A program made the translations under genes and the position numbers. A stretch of 64,000 nucleotides of DNA from Antechinus flavipes (Eukaryota), in NCBI RefSeq assembly GCF_016432865.1, contig NC_067401.1, forward strand, positions 129,766,001 to 129,830,000. The letters run 5' to 3'. This document shows positions 61,980 through 64,000 of the stretch, in pieces. The notes beneath the pieces are model-generated. The model saw only the letters and a program-made list of their open reading frames with translations. It was not told where the DNA came from and did not search any database. Numbering within the stretch: the stretch's first letter is position 1; the number at the start of each line of letters is the position of its first letter.

Positions 61980-62345
61980 TTTGTTTTTCAGCAAAAGTTG
62001 CTGGGTGGTGCTCTATTCAGAATGGTAGGCAAGGGATACCACAATGGGGCAGTGTACATCAATGATAGCATTGCATCAGCTACTTGGACATGCTTTTCAC
62101 TATTAAGAAAACAAAAATGAACAAAATCCAAAACTATTCAATACCTGCCTGGTATGTAGCCCACAGGAAAGAATTTATAGCGCCTTTTTGTATTTGTGGT
62201 CAGAATTACTGAGGATGTGGTAAAGTCAGGATGAGTATCAACAGCTATAAAATAGATTTGTGTTTTCTTTCTGCAAAATCCATTTGAACTCTGTGGCTTA
62301 GTTCATGTGGCTAGAATTAAGGATTAGCCCAGTGGCCCCTGGGTA
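61980..62345. promoter_or_regulatory. Candidate distal osteoblast/osteocyte enhancer (RUNX + MEF2-like motif cluster)
   Basis: ACCACA 62038-62043, TGTGGT 62195-62200 and 62216-62221, TGTGGC 62292 and 62306, MEF2-like CTATAAAATAG 62245-62255 in repeat-free DNA downstream of SOST. Confidence 0.35.
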
Positions 62346-63329
62346 GTACTTCAATTTGAGTTATTAAGGGCTCTGTCTCTGTCAGCAAGATGCCCAATAG
62401 TGAGTATGGGGATCTTGTTTGAACATGACCTCAGATGTCTGTCATTTCTCAAACAGTCATGGGACTGGGTTTTTTAGTATCACTATTGACCTAGGATGGT
62501 CTTTTCCTAAAAGGATCTCAAGTTCTGATTTCAACCCAGGAATTCTGAGCCCAAATGGAAAGAATTGGGTCAATTTTTTTTGTTCTTTCTAGCTTGTTTT
62601 GCCCCAACCTCAAACTAGAACTTCAGGGGAAATCTTTTTAAAAAGCTTAAGCATGGCCCATGTCTACGGTCTCCTATGTCTCTTCTTATGACCTACAGAG
62701 GGGAGGAGTTTCTGTGGCCATTCATCTTTAATTCAATCCAGTCATGGAAACCCAAGGACCAATTAGGAGTTAGTGAGTAGCATATGTCTTCTAGAGAGGA
62801 GCCAGAACATATGTTTTTACAGAAAGGACCTAGAGCATATGCCCAGCTCCATAGGAAGTACCCAGTCTACTCTAACCATACTAGTACAAGAGAAATTTCC
62901 TCTGTCTTGGAATTCTTTCATCCTATGCCTAAAGTAGACAGATTTCACAAGCTCTCATGTTTCACTAGCCTTAATGTCTGTTTTCACACTCTCCTTGGCC
63001 CCTTGTAGAAATGCAATTCTACAAACATTTGATAACCTAAAAGGACCAGAATTTAAGTATACCTTGAAAGATCAAACTGTCAACTGAGAGAGTGCATTTG
63101 CTCATAGTAGAGATACTGGAATGATCTCTGTATTAGAGAGAGTAGAATGAAAATTTATATTTCAAAATAAAATAACATCTTCTTATAATTGTTTGTATTT
63201 GAAATCAATTTATATAGTGAGGAGAAATTGCAGTAAAAAGAATCATAAAAGAAGAATGAGGGAAGGAAGGAGAGAGAGAGAAAGAGAAAAAAGAGAGAGA
63301 GACAGAGAGAGACAGAGAGAGAATGAGAA

Positions 63330-64000
63330 TATGATTGAAGGGGAAATGTATTTTTATTGTAGTGTTTATTTATTTTTAATATACATTGCTTTATGAATCA
63401 TGCTAGGAGAGAAAAATCAAAGCAAAAGGGGAAAACCATAGGAGAGATAAAAAATAGAAAAAAGAAGTGAACTTAGCATGTGTTGATTCACAGTCTTCTT
63501 AGATCTTATTTTCTGAATACAGATGGCATTTTCTGTCCAAAGTCTTTTGGAATTGCTTCAGATCACTGAACTGCTGAGAAGAACTAAGGCTTTCATAGTT
63601 AATCATCACACATTCTTGCTGATACTGTGTACAATGAATTCCTGGTTCTGCTTGTTTCACTCAGCATCAGTTCATGTAAATCTTTCCAGGCCTTTCTATA
63701 ATCAGTTTGTTTATCATTTTTATAGAATAATAATATTCCATTACCTTCATGTACCACACCTTGTCCAGTAATTCCTCAATTGATGGGAATCTACTCATTT
63801 TCCAATTCTTTGCCACTACAAAAAGAGCTGTTACAAACATTTTTGCACATGTGGGTCCTTTTCCCTCCTTTTTGATTTCCTTGGAATGCAGACCCAGTGA
63901 TGGCCTGCTGGATCAAATGGTACGCATAGTTTTATAGCCTTTTGGGCATAGTTCCAAATTGTTCTCCAGAATTTTTGGATCAGTTCACAAATCCACCAAC
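63330..64000 (-). mobile_element. LINE-1 3' fragment continuing beyond the window
   Basis: cactcagcatcagttcatgtaa, ccactacaaaaagagctgttacaaacatttttgcacatgtgggtcc, ttgggcatagttccaaattgttctccagaat. Confidence 0.92.

Overview
This is AT-rich marsupial genomic DNA, not prokaryotic. The CORE-SINE, L2 and LINE-1 3' ends look dasyurid, possibly a Tasmanian devil draft assembly (inference). It carries the conserved DUSP3-SOST locus on the + strand. Genes: the last coding exon of DUSP3/VHR (1107-1306, HCREGYSRS active site) and the complete two-exon sclerostin gene SOST (CDS 25392-25611 + 29011-29435, 214 aa, 3.4-kb intron). SOST has a recognisable CCAAT/TATA-like promoter, a CpG island over exon 2 and a polyA signal at 31101. 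The rest is intergenic DNA packed with 5'-truncated LINE-1, L2, CR1/L3, MIR/Mar1/WSINE1-type SINEs, hAT/Tigger-type MITEs, microsatellites and four N gaps. No MEOX1 exon, tRNA/rRNA gene or CRISPR array was recognised. I did not find a convincing wholly new biological system. The best leads are: (i) a ~240-bp unidentified, T-tract-bounded sequence present twice (~97% identical) around an L1 insertion, with one copy splitting a Mar1 SINE; (ii) a RUNX/MEF2-like motif cluster ~37 kb downstream of the SOST start, a candidate orthologue of the ECR5 bone enhancer; (iii) a strong CTCF-like site 4.4 kb upstream of SOST; (iv) an altered LRP5/6-binding loop 2 in sclerostin (RKWLWR vs human RGKWWR); (v) a conserved distal SOST 3'UTR that appears to lack a miR-218 seed site; (vi) a 2-residue C-terminal truncation of DUSP3. 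All human comparisons are from memory and need confirming by alignment. Repeat boundaries and family names are by eye and approximate.
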